Positions 14,659 to 29,539 of a stretch of DNA of 64,000 nt are shown here, one piece after another (within the stretch, counting starts at the first letter, position 1; the number at the start of each line of letters is the position of its first letter). The DNA is from the human T2T-CHM13v2.0 reference genome, Homo sapiens, in the NCBI RefSeq assembly GCF_009914755.1, contig NC_060930.1; one strand, given 5' to 3'. A program made the translations under genes and the position numbers. The notes under the pieces were generated by a model. That model saw only the letters and a list, made by a program, of their open reading frames with translations. It had not been told where the DNA came from and ran no database searches.

Positions 14659-16577
14659 TGTTACAGACTGAATGTTGGTGTCCCCGTAAAATCCATGTGT
14701 TGAAACCCTAACTCCCAATGTGATAGTATTTGGAGGTGGGGTCTTTGGGGGGTAATTAGGATTAAATGAAGCCACAAGGTAGGATCCCATCATGGGACTG
14801 GTGTCCTTAGAAGAAGAGGAAGAGAGACCAGAGTTCAATCTCTGTCTCTGCCATGCAAGGACGCAGCAAGAAGGTGGCCATCTACAAGCAAGGAAAAGGG
14901 TCTCCGCCAGGACTGAAGTTGTTGAGACCTTCAACTTGGACTTCCTAGCTTCCAGAATTGTGAGAAATAAATGTTTATTGATTAGGTCACCCAGTATGTG
15001 GTATTTTGTTAGAGAAGCCCAAACTGACTATAAGACAGATTTTGGTACTGAGAAGTGGGCTGCTGTCCTAACACATATCTAAAAATATGGAGGTCGCTTT
15101 GGAACATGCCACTGGACAATTTTTTTTTTAAGTAATGTTATAAAATAGCAAAGAACTTGGGAACTGTGTTCTAGTGTTTTGTGGAAGGCAAAGTTTGCCA
15201 GTGATGAAACTGAATATTTAGCTAAGGAGATTCCTAAGCAAAGTGTTGAAGAAGTGGCTTGATTCCTCCTGACTGCTTAGAATAAAAAGAAAAAAGAAAA
15301 AAAAAAAAGGAATTGTTAAGCAAAATGAGCCAGAACTTGAAGATCTGGAAAATTCTCAGCCTATCCACATTGCAAAAAAAAATGGAAAAGCTTGTTTTGA
15401 AGAGAACACTAAGGGTGTATTTGATAATTAGATTAGTGAAGATATGAACCAAGAAGAACCTAATCAGCCATCCCAGCAGAAACACTGCCAGTTTGAACTG
15501 AAGGGGAGGAAGATGGGATGAAATGAAGGAAGGTTGATAGGCTTCTTGGATCCTACAGGACCAGATCACAAACTTGTTTGGCTATGAAAATGTACTACTC
15601 TACAAGACATAAAAAGAATGTCCCCAAAGGTGATTAAGAGATCAAGGCTGCATCCTCATTTCAAAGGGGGTGGGAGGGGATTGTCTAGGTTTCAACATGT
15701 CAGAGAATAGCTGCCTTGAAGCCTTGTGGGTACAACTCCTACCCATCAGAGCCTTGAGGTTTAACACTGCCCCGCAGAATGGTAGAGGCAGGACCATCAC
15801 CACAGTGGGTCCTGAAGGCATAGGGTCAAACCAAAGAAGACTGTTTTTGAGCTATCTTATAATTCTAATAGTATCTGCATTGCTAGGTTTTTTACTTTAT
15901 TGAAACGCTTTTTTCCTTCTGAATTTTCCCTTAGAATGTCTATCCTATACCTGTACTGCCATTATATTTTAAAAGCAAATAACTTATCTGGTTTTAGAGG
16001 TTCACAGTCAGAGAAGAATTATGACTCAGGATAAATTTTACTTGTGGTCACACACATATCTGATTTAGAAAATATTTAGACGAGACTTTGTACTTTAGAG
16101 TTGATGCTGCAACAAACTTAACACTCTTGGGGCTGTTAGGATGGAATAAACGTATTTTGCATAGGAAATGGACATGGATTCTGGGCTGCCAGGAGTGGAA
16201 TGTTATGCAGTAAGTTTGTCCCCCCAGAATTCATATGTTGAAGCCCTAACGCCAATGTGATAGTACTTGGAGATGAGGCCTTTGGGAGGTAATTAGGTTC
16301 AGATGAGGGCATGATGTTAGGGCCCCTGTGATGGCATTAGTGTCCTTATAAGAAGAGAAAGAGACCAGAGTACATGCGCTAGATCGTTACCTCACTCTCT
16401 CTCTCTCTCTCTCTCTATGCCATGTGAGGACACTGCGAGAAGGCAGCTAGCTATCTATAAGCATGGAAGAAGGCCTTCATTACAAACCAAATCTGCTGGC
16501 TCCAGAACTATGAGAAATACATGTTCGTTAAGACTCCCACTCTATATTTTGTTATAGCAGCCTTAACTAATAAGACA
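14659..16577 (+). mobile_element. Full MaLR element, MLT1A-like (LTR 14659-15037, internal, LTR 16201-16577)
   Basis: Two homologous LTRs, both ending TAAGACA; internal region starts GATTTTGGTACTGAGAAGTGGG. Confidence 0.88.
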
Positions 16578-16987
16578 GCATTCTAGTTGATGTGCTGGTA
16601 TATCTCATTGAAAACGTAATTTACATTTCCCTAATCATTAATGATGTTGAAGATCTTTCTATGGGTTTTTAAGCCATTCATAAATCTTCCCTGATTAAAT
16701 GCCTGTTCAAATTTTTGCTTATTTTTTAATTGAATGGTTTTATTAATGATTGGTAAGATACATTTTGAATATAAGCCCTTTATGATTTATACATGATTTA
16801 CAAATATGTTTGGCTTGTCTGTGGTTTATAATTATTTTTGTTTTAATTGTGTCTTTTGAAAGACAAAGATTTAATATTGATGAAGTATAACTTATTAAGG
16901 TTTCTCCTATGAATCATGCTTTTGGTGCCATATCTAAGAACTCTTTTTCTAACTTAAGGTCACCAAGATTGTATTCCTTAATTTCTT

Positions 16988-17293
16988 TTCTTTTTTTTTT
17001 TTTTAATTTGAGATGGAGTCTTGCTGTGTGACCCAGGCTGGAGTGCAGTGGTGAGATCTTGGCTTACTGCAACCTCTGCCTCCTGGGTTCAAGAGATTCT
17101 CCTGCCTCAGCCTCCCCACATAGCTGAGATTACAGGAGCCTGCCACCACGCCCAGCTAATTTTTGTATTTTTAGTAGAGACAGGGTTTCACCATGTTGGC
17201 CAGGCTGGTCTTGAACTCCTGACCTCAAGTGATCTGCCAGCCAGGGCCTCCCCAAGTGCTGGGATTACAGGAGTGAGCCATTGTGCCCCCCTC
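16988..17293 (-). mobile_element. Alu (AluS-type)
   Basis: Poly-T plus antisense Alu; TSD CCTTAATTTCTT on both sides. Confidence 0.95.
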
Positions 17294-20200
17294 CCTTAAT
17301 TTCTTCTAAAAGTATTATACTTTTACAGCTTAGGTCTATGATTGATTTTTGAGTATGGTGTAAGGTAAGGCTCAAAAAAAATCATTTTTTGCATATAATA
17401 GTCCAACTTTCCCAGCAAAAATTTTTTTAATTGAATGGAATTAAACTGAATTGGCACAGCTGTTGAAAATCAATTGACCATGAATATAAAGGTTTATTTT
17501 TGGACTCTGAATTTTATTCCATTGCTCTATATGTCTGACCATCTGCAATACTATATAGTCTTGTTTACTGAGTTTTATATTATGTTTTGAGATCTGAGGA
17601 TGTAATTCTCTGATGTCATTTTTCTTTTCCAAAATGTTTTTTGGCTACTGTAAATCCTGTTGACTTCCACGTAAATTTTAGGATTGGCTTGTCAGTTTTT
17701 CAAAAATATTTTTAAAAGTCTGTGTGACTTTAATAGAGGCTGCATTCAACTTATAGGTCAGTTTGAGAGAAAACTGACATAATTGCATCTTTACAGCATT
17801 GTGTTTTCAACCCCATAATATGGAATTGTTTATTTAAATCTTCTTTAGTTTCTATCAGCAATTTTTCTGTAGTTTTCAGTGTAGAAATCTTATGCTTTTT
17901 TGTTAAATGTGAAGTACTTTTTTCACCCTTTTTGATGGTTTCTGATTGGAATTGCTTTTCTCAGTTCATCTGAATTGTCTGTTTCTAGTTTTCATATCAA
18001 TCTTATACTTGTGATTCTGCTAACATTACTCACTGGTTGTATTTGTCCATATATAGGTTCCCTGAAATTTTCTACCTATAGAATCTTATATCACCTGTGA
18101 AAGTAAGACAGTAATAATTCTTCTTTTCCAGTTTGGATGTATTTACTTAAGTAAATATTTAAATAACTAAATAATAAAAATTAATATTTAAGTAAATTTA
18201 TTCATTTAATTATTTATTTATTTATTTAGACTTATCACACTGGCTAGAATCACTAGTACAATGTTAAATAGCAGTGTTGAGAGCAGACATAGTTATCTTG
18301 CTCCTAATCTCAGAAGAAAAGTATTCAGTCTTTCACCACTAAGTATAATGTAGCTGTAGGCTTTTCATAGATGTCCTTTGTCAGCTTGGGAAGTTCTCCT
18401 CTGTAACTATTTTGCTGATAATTTTTAATCAATGATCGATACTGGAATTTTTTTTGCATCTATTGAGATGATCATTCATTTCTGTCCTATGTATGCTAAC
18501 ATGTATGTTAAGTAAAGTAATTTCTGGATATTAAAGCAACCTTACATTTCTGGGATGAATTCACTTTTGTCATACTATGTAATTCTTTTTATATGACACT
18601 GGATTCAGTTTCCTAAAATTTTAAGAATTCTGTGTCTACATTCATGAGGGATATTAGTCCACAGTTTCCCTTTCTTGTGATGTCTTAATATGATTTTGGT
18701 ATGAAGGAAATAATGGCCTCAAGTGAGTTGGGAAGTGTTCCTTCATCCTCTATTTCCTAAAAAGGTTGATAAAGGATTGGTATAATTTCTATTTATAATA
18801 CATAAATAGAAATTGGTATAATTTCTTATTTAAATATATAATTGGTATAATTATTTAAATACATAATATGTGAAATTCTTCACATATTTCTTGTGTGAAG
18901 AAATCTAGGTATGGGGTTCTCTTTGTGGGAATATTTTAAATAAATAATTCAACTTCTATGCTTGCTACAGTGCTATTTCTTCTTAAATCAGTTATGGTAA
19001 TTGATTCAATTGGAAAATTGTCTAGGAATTTATCCACTTCATCTAATTTATTGGTATAAAGTTACTCAACATTCCTTTGTAATTCTTTTAATTTCTGCAA
19101 AGTTGGTAATGCCACTTCTTTCATTCCTTATTTTGATAATTTATATCCTTTTTCTCTCTCTCCCTCTTTCCCAATGCCCTAAGTCTGGCTAAAGATTTGC
19201 TGATTTCTTTTTTTTCAAAGAACCTACTTTGGTTTGAATTTTCTTTATTGTTTTTCTGTTTTCTATTTCATTGATGTCTGCTCTAACCTTTATTTTTCTT
19301 CTGCTTGTTTAAAGTTCAGTTTGCTCTTCTTTTTCTGTTTTCCTAAGGTAGAAGTTTAGGTAGTTGAGAATTCTTTTTTAAAAGAGGGATTTAAAGCTGC
19401 AAATTATCCTCTGAGCTCTGCTTGAGCTATATCCCGTAAATTTTGATATGTTACATTTTTATTTTCATTCTGTTCAAAATATTCTCCAGTCTACCTTGTG
19501 ATTTCATCTTGATCCATGGGTTATTTAGAAGTATGTGGTTTAAATGCCAAATACTTGTGGATTGCCAAGATTTTTTTCCATTGCTGGTTTCTAATTTAAT
19601 TACATTATGATTGGAAAATGCACTTTGTATGATTTTTAATCCTTTTAAATTTACTGATAATTATTTTATAACCTATCATATAGTCTATACTGAAGAATGT
19701 TCTCCATGTGCTTTAAGTCAATTGTGTTCTGCATCCATTGGGATACAATTTTCTACATTTTTAAGTTCATCAGTATTGTTGTTTACATCTTCTCAACCTT
19801 CACTGATTTTCTAACTGTTCTATCAGAAAACAATTATTTCCTAACCAGTAAAGAGTTGGTTACTCAAATTTGCAACTAATATTGGTGAATTATCTATTTT
19901 GCCTATCAATTCTGCCCATTTTGAATTTGTGTATTTTAAAGCTCTGTTAATAGGTGCATACAGAATTATAATTTTTCTGTCATTTTAATGATTAACCATT
20001 TTATCATTATGAAATGTCCGTTGTCTTAAAGTCTATTTTATTTGATATTAATATAGTCATTTCAGCTGTCAGAATTACTATTTGCATGACATCTTTTACT
20101 AACCTTTTCTTTAACCATATACTATTTGTGTCCCTGAATCTAAGGTGTTTCTCTTATAGACAACACGTTGACGAATCTTCATTTGTTGATCCACTATGAC

Positions 20201-22699
20201 AATCTCATTTGATTGGGGGTATTTAGACTACTTACACATAATATAACAATTATTGATATGGCTGTAATTACATTTGCCATTTTATACTTTATTATGTCTT
20301 TTTTGTTGTTCCAGGCTTCTCCTTTACTACCTTATTTTGTATTAAAAGTTAGTTTCTACATTACCAATTCCTGACTTATTTTATAGATATTTATAGATAC
20401 ATAAAATAAGTATATTTTTGAGTCATTTTCTTAGTGGTTGCTATAGGAATTATACTACATACCTTAATTTATCACAATTTACCTTCAATTAATATTCACA
20501 CAATACAGGCAAAATATATATTTTTTAAAAACTTGCTCCAAAATAGCTCTAATACTTCTTTTTCTTTGTGCCATTCCCATCATATATTTTATGTCTATAT
20601 ATTATAAACCCTAAACCCAACATTTACAGTGTTATAATTATTACTTTATACAATCTTAAATCTTTTACAAAGATAAGAAAAGGAGAAAAAATATAGTGCC
20701 TTTATATTAAACATTAACCATTATAATTTCTGATTTCTTTCTTCCTATGAATTTGGTTTACTGCCTAGTGTCATTTCCTTTTATCCTTAAAGACTTCCTT
20801 TAGCATTCTTGTAAGAAAGGGATTCTTGCAATGAATTTTCTCAGGTTTTATCTTGGAATGTCCTATTCCACCTTCATTTTTAGTGGATTTTAGAGGACAC
20901 AGAAATCTTTATTTTTTTTTTCTTTTCATTTTAGTGCCCTCTGGTGTCCACTATTTCACATTAGAAGTTAGTCACTAATCATAAAGATGCTGTTATGTAA
21001 TTTTTTGGCTGCTTTTAAATTTTTGTCTTTGGCTTTGGCTTTTAATAATTTAACAATGATTTGTCCAGGTCTGTATCTCTGCTTTTCCTACTTGGGCTTC
21101 ACTGAGCTTCTTAGATGGGTAGATTGCTTTTTGGCCATAATTTCTTCAAACTTTTTTTCCTGCCCTCTTCTTTCTCTTTTCATTCTGAGATTCCCATCAC
21201 ACATACATAGGTAAACTTGATGCTGACCCACAGATCTCTGTGGCTCTACTGATTTCTCTTTAATCTTTCCTCTCTGATCTTCAGATTAGATCATCTACCT
21301 TTGAAATTCACTGCTTCTTTCTTCTGTCATGTCAAACCTCTGGTAAGACCCTCTAGTAAATTTTTCACATCAGTTACTATATTCTTCAATCTCAGAATTT
21401 TCATTTTGTTATTTTTAAAATCATTTCTATCTCCTTTTTGAACATCTCTATTTGTCACACTTTATTTTCATTCTTAGCTTACTTTGCTGCTTTAAACTGA
21501 TTTACAATAGCTGCTTTGAAGTCTTTGTCTGCTAAATCTAACATCTAGAAATACTGTTTCCACTATATGCTGTTTTCCTTAGCATTGTTCATGTTTTCCT
21601 ATTTCTTTGCATATTTTATAATTTTATTGAAACTGGACATGTTAGACAATATGTTGTAGCAACTCTGTATTACGCTTTTTGCTCCTGAAGGTTGCCTCTT
21701 TAATTCCTTTGTTCACTTATTTGGCAGGGTTAAGTCTATAAAATCTGTTTTCCACAAGTGTGCAACTGCTGATGTGTCTATTTTTTTTAACGATTTTTTT
21801 AGTGTTTTTTTTTTTTAATTTTTATCCCAGCTCAAAAAAATATATATTTATTTAAATTACTGTTTTTAAGCCTGGCTTCCTAGGGATTGCTCCTGTGTCT
21901 ATATAGCTTAATAATCAGACAATAACCAGAAATAAACTTTGCTCAAACAACTCAAGCCAATAAGACTTCCAGCCCTTCCTTGCCAATGAACCTGCATATT
22001 GGTAGGAGAGTGTATTAAAAGTTCAGGCCAATTGCCCCTGGCTTTTCCTTTCTGGTCTCCTACACACGTGTAGAGCCTCTAGGGCAGCCAGGAGTACATG
22101 ACTAGGTTGGGCCCTCTCCAGTCTCCAATACACATGTATGCAGCTTCAGCCAGACATATGCTTGTCCCAATTATGACCACAATCCCATGCTAGTAGAATC
22201 CTGGGTCCTCTCCGCTCACCTGACTCCAAGATTGTCACTTCCATAAACAATAGCACTAGAAGTGAGCACCACCCAACTGAGTGAGTCCCCTTCTGATACA
22301 GCAGTACAGCTGTAGGTCCTCCCTGGACCCACCCTGCCCTGGCAGATCTTCTGCAATAACCAAGCTGGAAGTTGGGGGTAGGGAAACATAACAGCCCTAG
22401 GCTAAAATACAAGAAACTACCACTGTCCCTTAGCAGTTTTTAAGTATAAACACTTCTCAGACTGTTGTATGTCTTTCATTGATTGCTAAAGAACTGAAGC
22501 TGTTGTTTTCTGTTCAGTTTTGTCCAACTTCATATTTGTTTTCTGGTGAGAGAATCTGCCAATTTTCAAACTTGGCCATGGCTGAAATCCCACCCCACTC
22601 ACTCAATCTTAACAACACGGAAGTACACATTATTCTCTCTCATTAACAAAGTAAGAAATTCAAGTGAGTTTCCCTAAATTACATAGAAAATAAAAAATT

Positions 22700-24330
22700 C
22701 ATGAATTTCACAAATATTTGAGTACCTACTATGTGCCAATATCTGTTCTTTATGCTTAAAACACATCAAGGACCAAAAGAGATAAAGATTCCTGCCCTAG
22801 CACAGTATAAATTCTAGCAGGAGGATACAAACAATAAACATAACTAAAACTATATAATGCATCAGAATGTAATTAAAGGCTGTAAAGAAAAAAAATAGAC
22901 TAGGATAAAATGAGCCAGAGATTGAAGGTAGGCCTCATTCACAGGTAACATGTAAGCAAAGATTTAAAGGCTAAAGGAGTTAAATTAGTCAAGTAAATAA
23001 CTGGAAGAAAAGCATTCTAAGCAAAGGGAACATAAAGCAAAGGGTCTAAGGTAGGAGTGAAACTGAAATGTTCAAGGAACATTAATAACAACATTAATAT
23101 AACAGTGATGGAGAGATGTACTAGTTATCTACTACCATGTAAGAGGCTACTCAAAACTTAGTGGTTTAAAAAAACATTTACTGACAGATTCTATGAGTCA
23201 AGAATATGAGCACAGTTTAGCTGGGTCCCCAAGCTCAGAATTTCTCCCAAGGCTGCAATCAAGATGTTAGCCAATGCAGCAGTTATCCCAAGGCTTGACT
23301 GGGGAAGAACCTGCTTCCAGGTTCACTCACTGCGTTTTTGGCAGGATTCAGTTCCTCACTAGCTGTTGGCTGGAGGCCGCTATCAGTTCCTTGCTATGTG
23401 GGCCTCTCCATAAGGCAGTACACAAACTGGCAGCTTGGTTAATATGAGCAAGCAAGAGAAAAAGCCAAGGAGTATGAGCAAGACAAAGTCACTGTCTTCT
23501 ACCTAATCTCAGAAGTGACATCCCATCAGCATCATTTTAGCCACATTCTCTTTGGCAGACGCAAATCTCTAGGTCCAGCACACACTCAAAAGGAGGGAAT
23601 TACATAAGGGCATGAATATTAGGAGGTGGACAGCACTGTGGGCCATCATGAGAGTTTGCCTAGCACAGCAAAATAGTAGATGAGAACAAAGAAGTTTGTG
23701 GGGTGGGGAAGAATGTCAGATCACATAAGGCCCTGCAGGCTTCAGTAATGACTTCGTCATTTCCTCTGAATTACATGGGAAGCTACTTCAGGGTTTTGAG
23801 CAGATAAGGAAAAGACGTATCATATTTTTAAAGAATCACTCTGACTGCTATATTGTCAGTAAAACAAGGGTGGAAAAGACAGACTTCTGTGATAACCCCA
23901 AAAGAGACAATGGTGTCTTAGACAGGATTATAGCTAGAAAAAAAAAAGGTAGTGAGAAGTGGTCAGATTCTAGATAAATTTTGAAAATCAAGCACAAGGG
24001 AATTTTCTGCCATATTTGACTCAAAATGTGAAAAAGTAAAGATTCAAGGATGACTCTAAGGTTTTCAGCCTGAGAAACTCTATCCTTCTTGTTGCTATCC
24101 ACAAGAAAAAAAACCTACTGTATGACAGATTAAAGGTCAGTTGCTTTAGAAATGTTAAATTTGAGATGTCTTTGATTTTTTGGTAGAGTTCTGTAACGGT
24201 TGGACATAGGATTGTGAAGTTCCAGAGAGGTCTGCACAAAGATTCGAAACTGGGAATTGGGCATATAGGTGATATTTAGAAGGAAGCAATGGTATAAAAT
24301 CACCAAAGGATTAACTGAAACAGAACAGGT
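22700..24330 (-). mobile_element. L2 fragment interrupted by an MLT1 LTR (about 23118-23667, minus strand)
   Basis: TATTTGAGTACCTACTATGTGCC (L2 3' end, reverse); TGTACTAGTTATC...CAAAACTTAGTGGTTTAAAA (MLT1 end). Confidence 0.75.
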
Positions 24331-25149
24331 TCAAGGATTAACCCGTGGGACATACAAATATTTTAAAAGGTCAGAAGAAAGAGAACGAACCAACAAAGGA
24401 AACTCAAAAGGCACAACCAAGAACATAAGAAGAAAAAACAAGAACATATGTCTCAATCTCCAAAATCTGGAGTGTGAAGGAAGGTTTATGATATTAATGT
24501 GACAAATCATCAGTTCATTTAGAGACAAAAAGTACAAGTCACACTAGTTATAAGTCCAAGAGATCACTTGCTTTCTTAGTATTTCCAACTGGAAACAAAT
24601 TCTTACGCTACTAGGTCTCTAGAGATTATCTAGATAATCTCTTGAGCAAACTTAACAGAAACCACTTAGAAAACATCCCCTTTAATTAAGAATACTTTCT
24701 TTTAAAAAGGGGGAAAAGGGGCAGGAGACAGGACAGAACTGTATCTTATCAAACAAGATTTTGTAAAAAGGATTTTGAATCAAACAAATCTAAAAATTAG
24801 TCTCAGTCTTTCTATCTTGTCTGGAAAAGCACTGAAATATATTATTAGAGATGTTTTCAAAACAATAGTGTCAAGAAAATTGAAATTTGATGAGATACTA
24901 GTCAGTTCTTTCAATATTAACTTTCCTATATCATTGCACTAACAGAGAAAATTTCTCTTGTTCTCTTATCTGATTTGAATAAACAGCAGTAAATAACACC
25001 TATTTAGCACTAATCACATGTCTCACACTCCTAACCTTACGAAGTAGGTACTACTTTATCACCATTTCACAGGTGGAGAAATCACAAAGAAGTCAACTTC
25101 AAAGGTCTCATGTACTCTTCTCAAGTTAGATTCTAGGAGTTGTAAACCC

Positions 25150-25483
25150 TACTATGATTTGAATGTGTCCCTCAAAGTTCATGATCACTACCCAATATGG
25201 TAGTTTTGGGAGGTAGGGCCTAATGGGAGGTATTTGGGTAGCAAGGGTGACTGCTCATGTGTGGATTAATGTCACTATCATCTGAGTGGGTTCATTATAA
25301 AAGGATGTGTGTGCCTCCATTGCCCTTCTGCCATGGGATGACAGCAGGAAGGCCCTTACCAAATGCCAGTTCCTTCATCTTGAACTTCCCAGCCTCCAGA
25401 ACTATGAGCCAATAAATTTCTGTTCCTTACAAATTACCAAGTTTTGAGTATTCTACTTTAACAGCACAAAACACACTAAGATA
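25150..25483 (+). mobile_element. MST-type MaLR solo LTR
   Basis: CTATGATTTGAATGTGTCCC...AACTTCCCAGCCTCCAGAACTATGAGCCAATAAA; TSD AACC(C/T). Confidence 0.85.
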
Positions 25484-26092
25484 AACCTAAGTTCAAAATA
25501 CATAAAAAAGTTTCCAGATACAAATTATCAGCACCTAATCAATAGGGAATGAAGAGAAACTTCCAAAAAACTCTCTTAGGTGCTCTAAAAGTATGGCATA
25601 GAAACTGGAACTGAAAAGCTTCCCGGTCCATCTTATTCTCCCTTAGTTCCATAACTTAATTCATCTAAATATGTGTATACTTTGACTCACTCCTATTTTT
25701 ACTACAAAATTGTTTTAACAGCAAAAAAAAATTTTATTAAACACCTAATAAACTGGGATTTTTCTATGAACATCCATACAATGGAAAACAATGCAGTAAA
25801 AATCTTTTAAATGTACATATATAATATCTTCTTAACAGCTGCATTTGAAAAGACCAAATATTGTCAACAACCCCATTTTTCATCAACACTAGCATGGATA
25901 AACTACGGTATGTTAATATAGTAATAAGAATCAACAGAGTACTGTTGCCTGCATCAATATAGATGTTTCAAATATAATGTTACACACTGAAGAAGCCAAA
26001 CACAAAACATTATGAACTATATGATTCAATTTACATCTACACACAAGATGATAGCCTGAAAACTAGTGTCAAGAGAAGAAAGTCTATGTGGA

Positions 26093-26453
26093 TGATATGG
26101 TTTGGCTCTGCGTCCCCACTTAAATCTCATCTTGAATTGTAATAATCCCCATGTGTCATGGGAGGGACCCAGTGGAAAGTAATGGAATCATGGGGACGGG
26201 TATTTCCCATGCTGTTCTCATGACAGTGATTAAGTCTCACGAGATCTGATGGTTTTACATAAAGGGGAGTTCCCCTGCACATGCTCTTGCCTGCCACCAT
26301 GTTAGATGTGACTTTGCTCCTCCTCGCCTTCCACCATGATTATGAAGCCTCCCCAGCCATGTGGAACTGTGAGCCCATTAAACCTCTTTTTCTTTATAAA
26401 TTACCCAGTCTTGGGTATGTCTTTATCAGCAGTGGGAGAACAGGCTAATAACA
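26093..26453 (+). mobile_element. THE1 solo LTR (THE1D-like)
   Basis: TGATATGGTTTGGCTCTG...CCCAGCCATGTGGAACTGTGAG...ATTAAACCTC. Confidence 0.9.
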
Positions 26454-26872
26454 TGAGGAATTGATAGGCCAGTTACAGAAGAACTGAACAAAAATAGCCT
26501 CAAATAATTCCTGCTTAGGGTTTGGGATAGTTTTAATTCATTTACCCCCGCCTTTCATTAATTTCTTTTACATGAATTTCCTTTTACTTAATGTTTTTTC
26601 TCACTTCTTACTTTTGCATGCATGCAGGGGTTGTAGAAATAGGGAGAGGCCAAATATAAAGATAAAAATAAATTTGAAATAAAAACAAATTAGATAAAAG
26701 GCTAAAACACAGACAACATAAGGGATAAAAGGACTGCAAAGCAGGCTTAAATATGAAATTAAACAGAACTCAGAAGTCACTGCTAAGCCTGCATAGCAGG
26801 TCTAAATACAAAATTAAACAAAACTCAGAACTCAAAACTCACACGAGGGCAGTTTTATAAAAGAAAAGAGTA

Positions 26873-27010
26873 GGCTGAGTGTGGTGGCTTATGCCTGTAA
26901 TCCCAACCCTTTGAGAGGCCAAGGTGGGAGTACTGCTTGAGCCCAAGGAGTTCAAGTTTACAATGAGCTATGATCACGCCACCGCACTCCTGCCCAAAAT
27001 ACAGTGAGAT
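26873..27010 (+). mobile_element. Alu monomer (FLAM/FAM-like)
   Basis: GGCTGAGTGTGGTGGCTTATGCCTGTAATCCC...TGAGCTATGATCACGCCACCGCACTCC. Confidence 0.8.
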
Positions 27011-27123
27011 GGAAGGAAGGAAGGAAGGAAGGAAGGAAGGAAGGAAGGAAGGGAGGGAGGGAGGGAGGGAGGGAGGGAGGGAGGGAGGGAGGGAGGGAGG
27101 GAGGGAGGGAAGGAAGGAAGGAA
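27011..27123. repeat. Compound microsatellite (GGAA)10(GGGA)15 followed by further GGAA units
   Basis: Read directly from the sequence. Confidence 0.97.
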
Positions 27124-27479
27124 AAGATGAAGAACTAAATAAAACATTCAAAAGAAATAAAAGGTACAAATCCTTAAAGTTTCTGGGGCGGGCATAACCT
27201 TCCCAGATGAGGGAGTCACCTGATCAGAGTCCTTAGGTGTGCAGGGAATAGGATGAAAATGAACAACTTTACCCTCTCATACTTCAACAAGCTCCAGAAA
27301 ACTGAATCTGCTTTGTAAGTAGCTTCAGTTAATGAGGATTATTAATAACTAATCAACAGCTGGGGAGTGCTCACAAGGAGAAGCAGCAGGCAGCCTGATT
27401 TCTGCCAGCTTCTCAGAACAAAACACCCCAAATTCCATTAATATAACAGAAGATCCTTAAAAATGTGGTTTCCAGACCC

Positions 27480-28325
27480 TAGGATTTGCAGAGATCCTCT
27501 CAGGGTATTCACAACATCAAAACTGTTTGCATAATGATACTAAGATATTATGTGCCTTTCCACTATGTTTACAGTTAAACTAATGGTGCAAAAACAACAG
27601 TGGATAAAACTGCTGCCCCTTTACAGGAATCAAGATAGTAGACTCAAATTACACTAGAAGTCATTGTATTCTTCAGGGAGGAGGGAGATTTGAGCCTTTT
27701 ATTCACAAAAGTCCCTTTTGAAGCAGTAAAAATTCTAGTGTCCACATTTGCATATATATCCTTTTAATATTCTGTGTGACAGGAAATACACATAAACCAT
27801 GCTGTACTTGTGTCTCACAACATCTCAATTTTGTCTGCGCTCTTTGAGTTGTGAGCTACAGTAGCCACTTTTTTTTCAAAGAACATCATTTTTACTTGAA
27901 AGAACAACTGACAGATAAGCAATGGTTATCCAGACTTGATTATTAGACAGGCTTTCTCAAAAATGAACAGTGAGACTATCACTCCAAAGGAAATAAGTGA
28001 CAGTATTTGTCACCAATGATAAAACTGAAGCTTTCAAGAGAAAATTAGAATGTTGGAAAACTTGAATCTATCTTTGAGTTTTACAGCATCTCAATATATA
28101 CTTTTCTGATAAGAATAATGGCAATATTAACAAATGTGGTTTTTTCAATGTATAATGATATGTGTCAACATTCAGAAGACCTATATTATTCACTGAACAA
28201 ATATTTTCCAAATGAATAAGGCATAATGTCAACTGTCTTATTTGGCATTTGACAAATGGACAAAAGATCCATTCAAAGTGCAAATGGGCCAATAGATTTC
28301 AATGTCATGGAGTATGAAAAAGCAG
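27480..28325. mobile_element. Charlie1-type hAT transposon fragment
   Basis: ATACTAAGATATTA...GTGGATAAAACTGCTG...TTTTACTTGAAAGAACAACTGAC; homologous to 46140-47240. Confidence 0.75.
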
Positions 28326-28950
28326 TGAGACTATAAATTTGAATCAGTAGTTTAAAAGTAGTTAACACTCCTAAACAATTTCATTGAGGAAGATGACTAA
28401 AACTTCTTTAGGAGTTTTAAGAGTTTAAACCTTTTTGATCAGTTTCTCCTCTATGGAAAACTAGCATCTAAACTAGCACCTAAACTGGTACCTAAGAAAA
28501 CTTGACACATACAGAAAAAACCCTGCATTAGTAACTCTATGAAGGAAAATATGTATACAGTTTACTCAAAGTTATCATGAATTAGGCATCTAAACATTAA
28601 TCTTAATATTCTAGAAAAGAGATTATCACATGATTTGTTAACAGAAAGCTCTTCTTTTGAAAACACACATGGAACCCGAACATAAAAGACAATTAAAGCA
28701 TAAGTAGGTCCCATGGAGTCAATGCTTAGCCGCCTTATCCCTCAAACCTTTATCTCATTGCACATGCACGAGACATCTTTAGAAAAGCCACTGACTTAGG
28801 CCACTGGTTTCTAAACTTGGCTGTGCTAAAATCAGAATCAGTACCATTAGCTTTTTAGTAATAGATTCACAGGCTGCCTAACACAACAAAGTAAATTAGA
28901 ATCTCTCGGGATACAATCTACCATTCTGTATTATTTAAAATGTCCCCAGT

Positions 28951-29539
<589 letters not shown>

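Larger units (their letters stand above)
13695..22560 (-). mobile_element. Long, near full-length ancient L1M (L1MC/MD/ME-type), carrying MER58A, Alu monomer, MLT1A and Alu inserts
   Basis: Continuous T-rich antisense L1 motifs from the 3' end (CCATCACTACAATCCAGTTTTAGAACATTTCC) through ORF2-like sequence to a 5' region. Confidence 0.75.

Noticed and set aside
26855-27197. ORFs with PPSL / EGRK repeats
   Set aside because: Translation of the GGAA/GGGA microsatellite
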